Below, in pieces: positions 1 through 8,993 of a stretch of 25,440 bases of DNA. Position 1 is the stretch's first letter, and every line of letters begins with the position of its first letter. Origin of the DNA: an uncultured Oligoflexus sp. (lineage in GTDB: Bacteria; Bdellovibrionota_B; Oligoflexia; Oligoflexales; Oligoflexaceae). Position numbers and translations under genes: made by a program. Location of the stretch: positions 1 to 25,440 of the forward strand of contig CAXSGP010000067.1 of assembly GCA_964236955.1 (NCBI GenBank), written 5' to 3'. The notes under the pieces were generated by a model. The model saw only the letters and a program-made list of their open reading frames with translations. It searched no databases and was not told the origin of the DNA.

Positions 1-692
1 GTTGTTTAGTTTATCGCAAAACCAAAATACGAGTTTGCCTTTACTTTTCAATCACGTATCTCAAACGTCAACAGCCCCTAAAAATATGAATTTCCCCTGT
101 GACGAAGTAATGAAGGTTCTTGCTGATTGTACGTGGGCTGGCCAGCGTAACCATAAACCCGGCTTTCCCGTCAATAAGGGCCCAAGCCCGGCCATGCATC
201 CCCAATATTACGTATGTCTTGTTGTAGAAATGGAGACTGCACGATGGCCAGCGATTCGGCTGAAATTAATTCTCTTCCTCAAAAATTTCAACCGCAGGTC
301 ATATCCTCTAGTTTTATAGTCTGAAAATTTAAACGTTTGGACATCAGTCATTCCTCTTATGATCAATGACTTAGTCCCTATAAAAGACGCCCTATGAATC
401 GCAACTTTGGAAAAGTCTCTGCTAAAGTAGCGGTAACGCCAAGTGCCTCTGTCAACCTCGTGAGAGGTCCGGCCTTTAAGATTCCCACCAAACTATCAAA
501 TTTACCTATTCATCCTTTAGGATTCTAATATACAGTTTACCAAGCATCGGTAGATAGGCGAAATCAATTATAAATTTCATAGGTTCGCCTTTCACGGTCC
601 GTCTCCAAGCTAAGTCTTGGGCCATCAGGTAATACGGAAACCAGATAATTTTTAACCAACTGGAATAGATTTTAAACGTAGAGGCTTATGCT

Positions 693-1139
693 ATGACCGA
701 AGCCTTACATTCCGTAAGCGATCTCGCTCGAATACTGTTAGCTTTAGAAAAACAATATTTTGGCAGTGATAGGAAAAAAATCGATTTTGCGCTAGTGATT
801 TGCGCGAAGATGCAGGTTCCACTTTCCAAATTTGCCGGACCAGTTGGCTTTACCTGTCTTTTATCGCGAGCCTTAGCTTTAGCTTCAAAAAAACACCCTG
901 ACCTCAAAGCTCTTCAATTTAACTCTCATGGGACCTTGGAGCGCAGTGCCGTAGGTGGCGATAGCCCGCAGTTGGCAAAGGCCAACATCGCCGACGAGGC
1001 AGCAATGGTTCTCCTAACGTCACTGCTTGGGTTGCTTAGGGAGTTTATTGGTGAGTCGTTGACACTGACCCTTATTAGCAACGCATGGCCTAATGAGTCT
1101 TTTGAAAAAGTCAATACTTATAGCGAGGTTGAGTCATGA
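693..1139 (+). CDS. Hypothetical helical protein, first gene of the KaiC-like operon
   Basis: 148-aa ORF. Its stop overlaps the KaiC-like start (ATGA at 1136-1139), indicating translational coupling. From recall it resembles small proteins that precede non-cyanobacterial KaiC-like ATPases (motifs GPVGFxxLLSRAL and LLGLLxxFIGExLT). Confidence 0.8.
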   Translation: MTEALHSVSDLARILLALEKQYFGSDRKKIDFALVICAKMQVPLSKFAGPVGFTCLLSRALALASKKHPDLKALQFNSHGTLERSAVGGDSPQLAKANIADEAAMVLLTSLLGLLREFIGESLTLTLISNAWPNESFEKVNTYSEVES

Positions 1140-2647
1140 GTGATCGGGAAAAAATCAATATTCGTAAATTATCGAGTGGTATCCGCGGCCTCGACGAAAT
1201 ATTTGGCGGTGGAATTCCTGAGTATTCATTTAATATTATTGGCGGCTCTCCAGGATGTGGAAAGACCACTCTTGCGCACCAGATTGTCTTTGCCAATGCA
1301 ACTGCAGAGCGCCCGGCCCTCTATTTCACCATCTTAGGTGAGCCAGCCATAAAAATGCTTCGATACCAGCAGCAGTTCGATTTTTTTGATGCGAAAAAGC
1401 TTAATAAAGAAATCCATTTTGTTAATCTCAGCCTCCTAGCACTCGAGGGTGACTTAAACTCAGTGCTTGAAGAGATTATCAAAGAAGTCACGTTGCTGAA
1501 TCCAAGTATCGTCGTCGTAGATTCCTTTCGCACCATGAAGTGGAGGACTCAGTCTGGTGACACGACGGTAGAACTCCAGGCTTTCGTGCAACGTTTAGCC
1601 TCCTATCTGACTAGCTGGCAAGCCACAAGTTTTCTTATTGGCGAATATTCAGATGCAGAAATTCAGAACCATCCGGTATTCACAGTATCGGACGGACTTT
1701 TTTGGCTTTACCAGAAAGTGGAAAGAAATTCGATCGTTCGAAAGCTGCAGGTTATGAAACTCCGGGGGCAGGAATCAATTCCTGGCCTCCATACGGTTCG
1801 GATCACTGACAGTGGCTTGCAAGTGTTCCCCCGTACTTTTGGAATGAAGTATCTTCCCCAACACAAGGCGGGAACGGGTCGAACCTCGTTTGGAGTGTCA
1901 GGGCTGGATAGTTTGATGGGAGGCGGCATACGGGAAGGCAAGAGCATTCTGGTTTCTGGACCATCTGGATCTGGAAAATCAATTTTTGGTGTCCAGTTTA
2001 TCGCCGAAGGTTTAAAGCGTGGCGAATCCGGTATTGTCCTGGTTTTCGAAGAGACCCCGGAAAATTACATTGAAAATGCCGCGGAAATCGGCATCGACCT
2101 AATGTCGGCTCAGAACGCCGGCAAACTCGAAATTGTATACTTGCGACCTCTCGATTTGTCAGTGGATGAGACTCTCCATGAGGTGGCTGAGGCAGTCGGC
2201 CGCACAGGTGCCTCGCGAATCGTCATCGACTCTTTAGCCGGTTTTGAATTGGCCTTAGCTCCGGGCTTTCGGGAGGATTTTAGGGAGTCGCTTTATAGAA
2301 TGGTCAGTGCGTTTTCAAAACTCGGAATCACTGTACTCTGTACTGTCGAGACTCAGGAGAAATTCGATAGTTTCGGGCTCAGCAACTACCTTATTTCTTT
2401 TTTATCAGACTCTATAATCCGATTGCGATACGTCTCGATAAAAGGGCAGCTGCGTAAACTCATGGCGATTATAAAAATGCGAGGCAGCGCCCATAGTACC
2501 GAGATGCATGAATATACGATAAGCGCGCAGGGCATAAGCATAGGTAGGCCCTTCAAGAACTATCGGGGGCTGATTTCCGGACTTCCCTCGCCTTGGACAG
2601 AAGGCAGTTCCCAAAGCAAGGAAGGGGAAGAGCGTTCTGAGGAGTGA
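1136..2647 (+). CDS. kaiC: KaiC-like double-domain RecA-superfamily ATPase
   Basis: Two RecA-like domains: Walker A GSPGCGKT and GPSGSGKS, Walker B VVVDS and IVIDS, arginine-finger motifs KLRG and KMRG, and N-terminal SSGIRGLD / SFGVSGLD motifs. Confidence 0.92.
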   Translation: MSDREKINIRKLSSGIRGLDEIFGGGIPEYSFNIIGGSPGCGKTTLAHQIVFANATAERPALYFTILGEPAIKMLRYQQQFDFFDAKKLNKEIHFVNLSLLALEGDLNSVLEEIIKEVTLLNPSIVVVDSFRTMKWRTQSGDTTVELQAFVQRLASYLTSWQATSFLIGEYSDAEIQNHPVFTVSDGLFWLYQKVERNSIVRKLQVMKLRGQESIPGLHTVRITDSGLQVFPRTFGMKYLPQHKAGTGRTSFGVSGLDSLMGGGIREGKSILVSGPSGSGKSIFGVQFIAEGLKRGESGIVLVFEETPENYIENAAEIGIDLMSAQNAGKLEIVYLRPLDLSVDETLHEVAEAVGRTGASRIVIDSLAGFELALAPGFREDFRESLYRMVSAFSKLGITVLCTVETQEKFDSFGLSNYLISFLSDSIIRLRYVSIKGQLRKLMAIIKMRGSAHSTEMHEYTISAQGISIGRPFKNYRGLISGLPSPWTEGSSQSKEGEERSEE

Positions 2648-2692
2648 AAAAATATTTTTTTGAGACTAGCGGCTACAAAAAAAGAGTTTGCC

Positions 2693-4315
2693 ATGAATTT
2701 AGAAGAGTTGAGTCATGGTTTTGCAGAGTTTTCACCCCAGCCCACGATAGTGATCGACGGACTGACTCATTGCGTTCGCTATAGTAATCCTGCATTTTCT
2801 TTGTTCCAGGGCGGGGAGGAAACCGACATCGTCGGACGCCATGTTCATGATGTATTGGGTTTGAAGGGCGAAAAACTATGCATTGAGTCGCTAAAGCATG
2901 TCTATGAAACGGGGCAATCCGCATCATTTCTCGCCGAGAAGGCTCCGAGGTCCGAGAATCAGTTCTGGTCCTATTACTGTTGGGCAGCGTGCGGCATCAG
3001 CGGTCAAGCCATGGGAGTGATCATCCAGATAATGGATGCAACCGAAAACGTGACATTTCGGAAAAGATCGACAGATCTAAATGAAACCCTGCTCGTTACG
3101 TCCTTGCATCAGCACGAGCTTAGAGAAAAGGCAGAGCATTTAAATAATGAACTCAAAGCCGTAACGCAGGCCAAAAGTCAATTTCTTGCTGCCATGAGTC
3201 ATGAGATCCGAACCCCATTAAACGCTATTATGGGTTTTTCCGAACTTCTAGCGATGGCCAATCAAACCCAGGTCGATCGCAAGGAATATGGCGCGCGAAT
3301 CAAAAGACATTCTATTTTGCTTTTACGTCTTATAGACGATATTTTGGATTTATCCAAAGTTGAATCGGGTCGGCTTGATATCGAAAAAATAGATGTTAAT
3401 ATTTTCGAAATTTTGGCCGATATTAATTTATCTATGCAGCATTTTGCGCTGGAAAAGGGCATTTCCTTTACAATTTCTTATGATGGGGAGATTCCATCCA
3501 CTCTATCCAGCGACCCGACGCGACTGAAACAGATTTTACTAAACATCATCGGTAACGCTGTAAAGTTTACAAATCGTGGGACCGTCGCGGTGCGTGTTTC
3601 CGTCGATATAGTAGCAGAGAAGTTGCGGTTTAAAGTCCAGGACAGTGGTGAAGGTATGACGCCAGAACAAGCTGCTCGCTTGTTTCAGCCCTTTACCCAG
3701 GGCGATTCGGCAATCACCCGAAAATTTGGGGGCACGGGCCTTGGTCTCGACCTTTCGCGGCGCCTTGCCCGCGCGCTCGGTGGCGATGTCGTTATTGTCG
3801 AAAGCAAGCTTGGAGCCGGTAGCATCTTCGAAATATCGGTCGCATTGGAAAATCCCCGGCACAACCATTCCCCACGATTAAGCTCTACTAAGGAAGCGGC
3901 ACTTCTTTTTAAACTGGACGGAGTTCATGTCCTCCTAGCAGACGATGCACCTGACAATCGACTACTGGTCGAGAAATACTTAACTTTAGCTGGAGCAACT
4001 GTTGATTGCGCCGTCGATGGTGCAGAAGCCATAGCCAAGACCTTGCGGGGAAACTACGATATTATTCTGATGGACATTCAAATGCCAAAGGTCGATGGCT
4101 ATACGGCGACTTCAGAATTGAGGGCCTTAGGTTGCCTAAAGCCAATTCTGGCCATGACAGCCCATGCTATGCTTGCTGAAATTCATCAATGTCGAATTGC
4201 TGGCTGTGATGGGCATCTCGCCAAACCTTTTGGAATGCGGGAGCTCGTGGAAAAGGTGCATGGTTTGGTTCACCGCAGCGATTGGGAAGCAAGCCATCGG
4301 GGGGATTTTCATTAA
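2693..4315 (+). CDS. Cytoplasmic hybrid sensor histidine kinase (PAS-like, HisKA, HATPase_c, REC)
   Basis: H-box MSHEIRTPLNAI, N-box NIIGNAVKFT, G-boxes DSGEGM and GGTGLGL, receiver LLADD...ILMDIQMP...AKP. No obvious TM segment. ATG 2693 is preferred over the in-frame TTG 2660. Confidence 0.93.
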   Translation: MNLEELSHGFAEFSPQPTIVIDGLTHCVRYSNPAFSLFQGGEETDIVGRHVHDVLGLKGEKLCIESLKHVYETGQSASFLAEKAPRSENQFWSYYCWAACGISGQAMGVIIQIMDATENVTFRKRSTDLNETLLVTSLHQHELREKAEHLNNELKAVTQAKSQFLAAMSHEIRTPLNAIMGFSELLAMANQTQVDRKEYGARIKRHSILLLRLIDDILDLSKVESGRLDIEKIDVNIFEILADINLSMQHFALEKGISFTISYDGEIPSTLSSDPTRLKQILLNIIGNAVKFTNRGTVAVRVSVDIVAEKLRFKVQDSGEGMTPEQAARLFQPFTQGDSAITRKFGGTGLGLDLSRRLARALGGDVVIVESKLGAGSIFEISVALENPRHNHSPRLSSTKEAALLFKLDGVHVLLADDAPDNRLLVEKYLTLAGATVDCAVDGAEAIAKTLRGNYDIILMDIQMPKVDGYTATSELRALGCLKPILAMTAHAMLAEIHQCRIAGCDGHLAKPFGMRELVEKVHGLVHRSDWEASHRGDFH

Positions 4316-4528
4316 CGTGCCGCAGGTTAGTCTGAGCCAAAGTGTTTTCAAGGTTCATCAAAAAAATGAGCCGTATTCTCCTTAGGCTGATACCGGCTTT
4401 GGAAAAAACGTTTTTTCCCTCCTGCGAATGAGTCGACTTCATGGCCATCGAAACTTTCGCCTTTTCGCTAAGGCCTTACCAAAAGTATTTTTGGTTGAAA
4501 TGATTAAATAATTTAACGGATCTTAAGC

Positions 4529-4572
4529 TTGACGAGGCCTTAGGCGACGTATATGTTTAACTTGACGGTTAA
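4529..4572 (+). promoter_or_regulatory. Sigma70-like promoter with overlapping ArsR-type operator palindrome
   Basis: TTGACG (4529-4534), N17, TATGTT (4552-4557). Inverted repeat TTAAC-TTGACG-GTTAA (4557-4572) lies just before the ArsR gene. Confidence 0.6.
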
Positions 4573-4590
4573 TTAACTATGAGGTTAAAT

Positions 4591-4983
4591 ATGAGGGATC
4601 GATTAAGTCAGACTTTTTCTGCCCTCGCAGATCCGACTCGTCGAGCGATACTCGTTCGCCTTTCCCATGGTGATGCGATCGTTTCGGTCTTGGCTGAGCC
4701 GTTTCTGGAAGATATGAGCAGGCCGGCGATCACGAAACATCTCAAGGTACTGGAGGAGGCCGGATTGATCTCCAAGAGCCGGGACGGCGTGTTGCGTCCT
4801 TGTCGCCTGAACGCCGACGGCATTAAACCGGCCGCCGATTGGATGGAACAGTGCCGTGCGCTCTGGGAAGAAAGCTTTGATCGCTTGGATGAGCTCCTCA
4901 AGACGATGGCCTCAGAAGAGAAGAATAAAGGCGCTAAACAACATAAAGGAAAAGCCCGTGAGCACCTCAAGAAAACCAAATGA
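4591..4983 (+). CDS. ArsR/SmtB-family transcriptional regulator (SRPBCC-associated type)
   Basis: FSALADPTRRAIL...MSRPAITKHLKVLEEAGLI...RPCRL winged helix and C-terminal WEESFDRLD. GAGG at 4581-4584 favours ATG 4591; alternative start 4579. Confidence 0.92.
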   Translation: MRDRLSQTFSALADPTRRAILVRLSHGDAIVSVLAEPFLEDMSRPAITKHLKVLEEAGLISKSRDGVLRPCRLNADGIKPAADWMEQCRALWEESFDRLDELLKTMASEEKNKGAKQHKGKAREHLKKTK

Positions 4984-5914
4984 AATCTACATTTCGCGTG
5001 TCTACGAAGTCCCCGCATGGATGGTATGGAATGCCTGGACCGATGAGAAACGGGTGGTAAAGTGGTGGGGACCGCGCGGGTACTCGATCACGACCAGAAG
5101 CAAGGAGCTCCGTCCGGGGGGGAATTGGATCTTTACGATGCATGGTCCCGACGGAACTGATTATCCGAACCTGATCAACTATAGCGAAGTCGTGGAAAAC
5201 AAGCGCCTCGTCTATGATCATGGCGCGACTGAAAACTCCCCTCCCCTCTTTCGGGTGACCGTTGATTTCAGCGAGCAGGGCGGTAAAACGAAAATGGATA
5301 TGACGATGGCCATGGAAACCGCCGAAGCTGCTGAGCGCACCAAAGGCTTCATCAAAAGCGCCGGTGGCAACAGCACTTGGGATCGTCTCGGGGAGTTCCT
5401 CGAGGAAGAAGCTCACAAACGCGAGGTCTTTATCATCAACCGCTCCTTTGCGGCCCCTGTGGACCTTATCTACGACCTTTGGGCGAAGCCGGAAAATATC
5501 TGCCGTTGGCTGCCTCCCACCGGCTTTGCTATGGAATTTGTGAAGGAGGACATTCGTGTGGGTGGGCGCTCTCTCTTTAGGATGTTCAATGATAAGGGGG
5601 TGGCGATGTTTGGCTCCATCACTTACAGAGAGCTGACGAAACCCGGACGTCTCGTCTATGTGCAGGACTTTCGTGATGCGAATGACCAGCCTTCGACTCA
5701 CCCCATGACTCCCGTATGGCCGAAATTCATGACGGCAACTGTTAGCATCACGGCGGAACCGCAGGAGAGCAGAGTGACCGTGGAATGGGAACCGGCAGCC
5801 GGTTCGTCGGCCGCGGAAATTTCAGCCTTCGTCAAAGAAAGAGGCGGCATGACGCAGGGCTGGAACGGAACCTTCGATAAGCTTGACGACGTGATCGCTA
5901 AGTCCAAGAAGTAG
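4958..5914 (+). CDS. Tandem SRPBCC (AHSA1/START-like) ligand-binding protein
   Basis: Two repeats of the AHSA1-like pattern (VWNAWTD..KWWGPRGY; IYDLWAKP..RWLPPTGF; C-terminal GWNGTFDKL). GTG 4958 follows AAGGA and overlaps the ArsR 3' end. Confidence 0.9.
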   Translation: MSTSRKPNEIYISRVYEVPAWMVWNAWTDEKRVVKWWGPRGYSITTRSKELRPGGNWIFTMHGPDGTDYPNLINYSEVVENKRLVYDHGATENSPPLFRVTVDFSEQGGKTKMDMTMAMETAEAAERTKGFIKSAGGNSTWDRLGEFLEEEAHKREVFIINRSFAAPVDLIYDLWAKPENICRWLPPTGFAMEFVKEDIRVGGRSLFRMFNDKGVAMFGSITYRELTKPGRLVYVQDFRDANDQPSTHPMTPVWPKFMTATVSITAEPQESRVTVEWEPAAGSSAAEISAFVKERGGMTQGWNGTFDKLDDVIAKSKK

Positions 5915-6018
5915 TTTGGTGAGGTATGCCCAGTTTTGTAGCATTTTGACCCACGGCATCGACAATATTTTCGGGAATACTAATCGATTATTGAATTTGA
6001 AAAAGCGGAGACGTAGAT

Positions 6019-7500
6019 ATGACCAGGGGGTTTTTTGCACTTGGGTTAATATCCATCTTTTTGTTATCGGAGAGCGCAGTAAGTGAAATTCGAGATCGGA
6101 CGATGCTTACCTTCGAAAGTTTTTTAACCAAGGTGGACGGCCAGCATCCTGAAAAGGCGATTGATGAGGACATGCTGGAGAGCGCAAAAGTAGAATCGCG
6201 ACGCAGCGGATTTTTGGGCGATCCCCAACTTAGACTCGGTCGCGACGAGGTTCCCTTTCAGGCCCGGTTGCAACCCAATAAGAAGATGGCCGAACAGGAG
6301 CAGGATGCTGCGCAATGGAAAATAGGTATCACCCAAATATTTCCATGGCCTGGGACGCTGGCGGCGGAAGAGGAGGCTGTTCAAGCGAAGGTGGAGGGAA
6401 TTAAAGTCGACAATTCGGTATCTTCCCTGGTTCGTCGGCTTGAGGCAGCGGACCTTTTTATTCGGATCATAAAAACGGCAAAGCTACTTGCTTTGGAAAA
6501 AGAAGACTTTCAAGCTGTCGATAGCATTCGGGAACTTGCGCAGAATAAATTTAAGCAGGGAGTAGGATCCCATCATGAGTTTCTGCAGGCGCATAGTGAA
6601 AGCGCGATTTTAGCTTTAACAGTCTCTTCTTTAGAGACGGATCTTCTCAATCTGAAACGCCACGCATTATATCTCCTCAATGACAGTACTTTGAAAAGTT
6701 TAGATCAAGTTGAATTTGAAAAAGAATGGCCCTCAAAGTTTCTCGTCCAGACTCCACTCGAAAAAAAAACCGAAACCGATCTGGCAGCACAAAAAAATCA
6801 ACTTATACAGAAATCCATCCTTGCTCGGGATCGGCTAGAATACAAGCGTAGTCTGCCATCTATCATGGCCTCCGGCGAAATGATGAAGGAAGATTCTGGG
6901 ATGAGGATGTATGGAGTCGCGGTCGGGATCACTTTGCCTCTTTTTTCCCATATTCAGAGAAATGCCCTTGAATCGGAAATAAAGTTAAGCCAAAAAATAA
7001 ATACGGCGACGAACGATTCACGAAATAGATTGAAAACGTTGGCTGCCGAACAAGTCGAGAGTCGGATCTCCCAGTTAAGAACAAATCTTGAACGTATCGA
7101 TAGCACGGTACTGCCTCCCTTAAGAGAACATATTGAAGCGACTACTGCTCAGTTCAGTCAAGGTAAGATCGACATTGGGGCCATTATCGATGCCCGTCGA
7201 GCCTATGTAAATCTGCAAATCGCCGAAGTGCAAACTATCGATGCCCTTATCCATGCCTACTTCTCGCAAGATAGAATAGCGGCTGGCCTTATCGAGGGTG
7301 AAGTGGATATAGAGGTGCCCCGAATTGGACAGATGAGCCAACCCTCTAATATGGCCCCGATGCAGAACAGTGCAATGAAACCGTTTTTGAAAAATAGGGC
7401 TTCCGGAAAGTCTTTGAATTCCCTTCCCGTTTCTCCGCTTCAGGAAGAGGACAATGGCAATGGTAGCGACAAGGAAGTCTCACCGGATATGGGAATGTAA
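6019..7500 (+). CDS. TolC-family outer-membrane efflux protein (CusC-like by context)
   Basis: Signal peptide, ITQIFPWPG and VGITLPLF beta-strand motifs, long helices, Met-rich C-tail. First gene of a TolC-MFP-RND operon. Confidence 0.85.
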   Translation: MTRGFFALGLISIFLLSESAVSEIRDRTMLTFESFLTKVDGQHPEKAIDEDMLESAKVESRRSGFLGDPQLRLGRDEVPFQARLQPNKKMAEQEQDAAQWKIGITQIFPWPGTLAAEEEAVQAKVEGIKVDNSVSSLVRRLEAADLFIRIIKTAKLLALEKEDFQAVDSIRELAQNKFKQGVGSHHEFLQAHSESAILALTVSSLETDLLNLKRHALYLLNDSTLKSLDQVEFEKEWPSKFLVQTPLEKKTETDLAAQKNQLIQKSILARDRLEYKRSLPSIMASGEMMKEDSGMRMYGVAVGITLPLFSHIQRNALESEIKLSQKINTATNDSRNRLKTLAAEQVESRISQLRTNLERIDSTVLPPLREHIEATTAQFSQGKIDIGAIIDARRAYVNLQIAEVQTIDALIHAYFSQDRIAAGLIEGEVDIEVPRIGQMSQPSNMAPMQNSAMKPFLKNRASGKSLNSLPVSPLQEEDNGNGSDKEVSPDMGM

Positions 7501-7502
7501 CT

Positions 7503-8993
7503 ATGAGAAAAAATTTATATATGACTTCTCCTCTACCGCTTCTTCTTCTCTTTCTACTTGGTTCGCTTGGTGCCGGCATGGCACGTGGCGATATTCTTAT
7601 CGATGTGACACCAAAGCCGAATCCACCCGATTCGGGTGAAAATAGTTTGGCCATTGAACTCAAAGATGAGTCGGGGAAAGCGGTTGACGCAGCCATCGTC
7701 AGCGTGGACGTCTTCATGCCGTCTATGGGTACGATGCCTCGGATGGAAGAAAAGGTCACGGTAACGCCTAAAGGCAGTGGCCAATACTTTGCCAGGTTCG
7801 ATCTTCCTATGGCTGGGACCTGGGAGTTTTCAATCAGAGTTCAAAAAGGCAACGCCACTAGTCTTTCTCACTACAGTCTCACGACAGGAGTGTCGGGAGT
7901 ATCGCTAAAAGGCGGTTCGGCAGGCCGTTCAGAAGCGAATAGTACGCAGAGCTTGTACATAGGCCCCGATCGATTGCAGACAATTGGAGTTCGTTTCGCG
8001 GAAGCGAAAACACTTTCCTTAAAACGAGAAATCGAGGCCGTCGGCGTCATAGAGCAGGATCAGACCCATCGGGAAGAAGTCTCCCTGCGCTACTCGGGTT
8101 ATGTGGTGAAACAGTTTAGGGGGAGGGTTGGGGAGTCCGTGAAATCCGGCGATCCGCTTTTCAGCATCTACAGTCCCGATCTCGTCACGGCGCAAAGTGA
8201 ATTTCTACTGGCCAATAAAATTTTGGACGGCGGTCATTCCCTGCATGCGGCCGCATCAGAAAAAATGAAAAATCTTGGACTCTCAGCCAATGATATCGGA
8301 TTGATTCGGAAATCAGGTCAGCCTATCCGAGATATTGTCATTCGTTCGCCTGCCAATGGCACCGTACTCGATATTTCCGTCCGCGAAGGCAGCTCGGTGA
8401 ACGCGGGACAGTTACTGTACACAATTGGCGATCTCAGTCGAACGTTCCTGGTTGCTCGCGTTTTTCAACAGGACATTCGCGATGTGAAAGTTGGGCAAGA
8501 TGCCCTGGTCACAGTGCCGGGCGCTGAGTTAGAACCGTTAACAGCTAAAGTTAATCTTATCTACCCGCAGATCGATCAGGGGGCTGGAACGGTCAACGTG
8601 CGCCTTGAGGTGGCAGGTGCTAGCGCGAGCCTCAAGCCTGGGGCTTACATGGATGTGGCGTTTCCGATTGAAATGGGTTCGCATCTGACGATCCCAGCTG
8701 AGGCCGTTCTCTATTCGGGACGTCATCGGTATGTTTTTGTCAACCACGGCAATGGTCGATTGGAGCCACGCGAAGTATCGGTTGGTAAAAGCATAAAGGG
8801 TATGCTTCAGGTCTTTGATGGTTTAAAGGAGCGTGAATCCATAGCTGCAAGTGGCACATTTTTATTGGGATCGGAGGCTCAATTGCGGTCCGCACTTCCG
8901 AAATGGATCGATAGATCGACGCAAGATGCACCGAAAGATCGCGCAGATCCTCAGGAATCCAATCCGGGCAATCATCATGAGGGTCACCCATGA
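7503..8993 (+). CDS. cusB: CusB-like periplasmic adaptor (MFP) with N-terminal YtkA/FixH-like domain
   Basis: IYSPDLVTAQSEFL, IRSPANG lipoyl-like halves, LKPGAY, GxFLLGSE motifs. N-terminal MPSMGTMPRM...GQY...LPMAGTW domain. Confidence 0.88.
   Translation: MRKNLYMTSPLPLLLLFLLGSLGAGMARGDILIDVTPKPNPPDSGENSLAIELKDESGKAVDAAIVSVDVFMPSMGTMPRMEEKVTVTPKGSGQYFARFDLPMAGTWEFSIRVQKGNATSLSHYSLTTGVSGVSLKGGSAGRSEANSTQSLYIGPDRLQTIGVRFAEAKTLSLKREIEAVGVIEQDQTHREEVSLRYSGYVVKQFRGRVGESVKSGDPLFSIYSPDLVTAQSEFLLANKILDGGHSLHAAASEKMKNLGLSANDIGLIRKSGQPIRDIVIRSPANGTVLDISVREGSSVNAGQLLYTIGDLSRTFLVARVFQQDIRDVKVGQDALVTVPGAELEPLTAKVNLIYPQIDQGAGTVNVRLEVAGASASLKPGAYMDVAFPIEMGSHLTIPAEAVLYSGRHRYVFVNHGNGRLEPREVSVGKSIKGMLQVFDGLKERESIAASGTFLLGSEAQLRSALPKWIDRSTQDAPKDRADPQESNPGNHHEGHP

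Noticed and set aside
2..319. 105-aa plus-strand ORF at the window edge, and stop-interrupted minus-strand frames
   Set aside because: No recognisable motif or start signal. Possibly decayed sequence, but no call can be supported.
556..590. AGGCGAA/TTCGCCT inverted repeat upstream of the KaiC-like operon
   Set aside because: 7-bp arms around a long AT-rich loop, with no second instance to support an operator or RNA element.
1136..2647. Bona fide circadian clock
   Set aside because: No kaiA or kaiB in the window, and the second phosphosite is replaced by Phe.
4967..5701. 244-aa antisense ORF and other antisense or nested ORFs over the RND, oxidase and ATPase genes
   Set aside because: Shadow frames of well-supported genes with no motifs.
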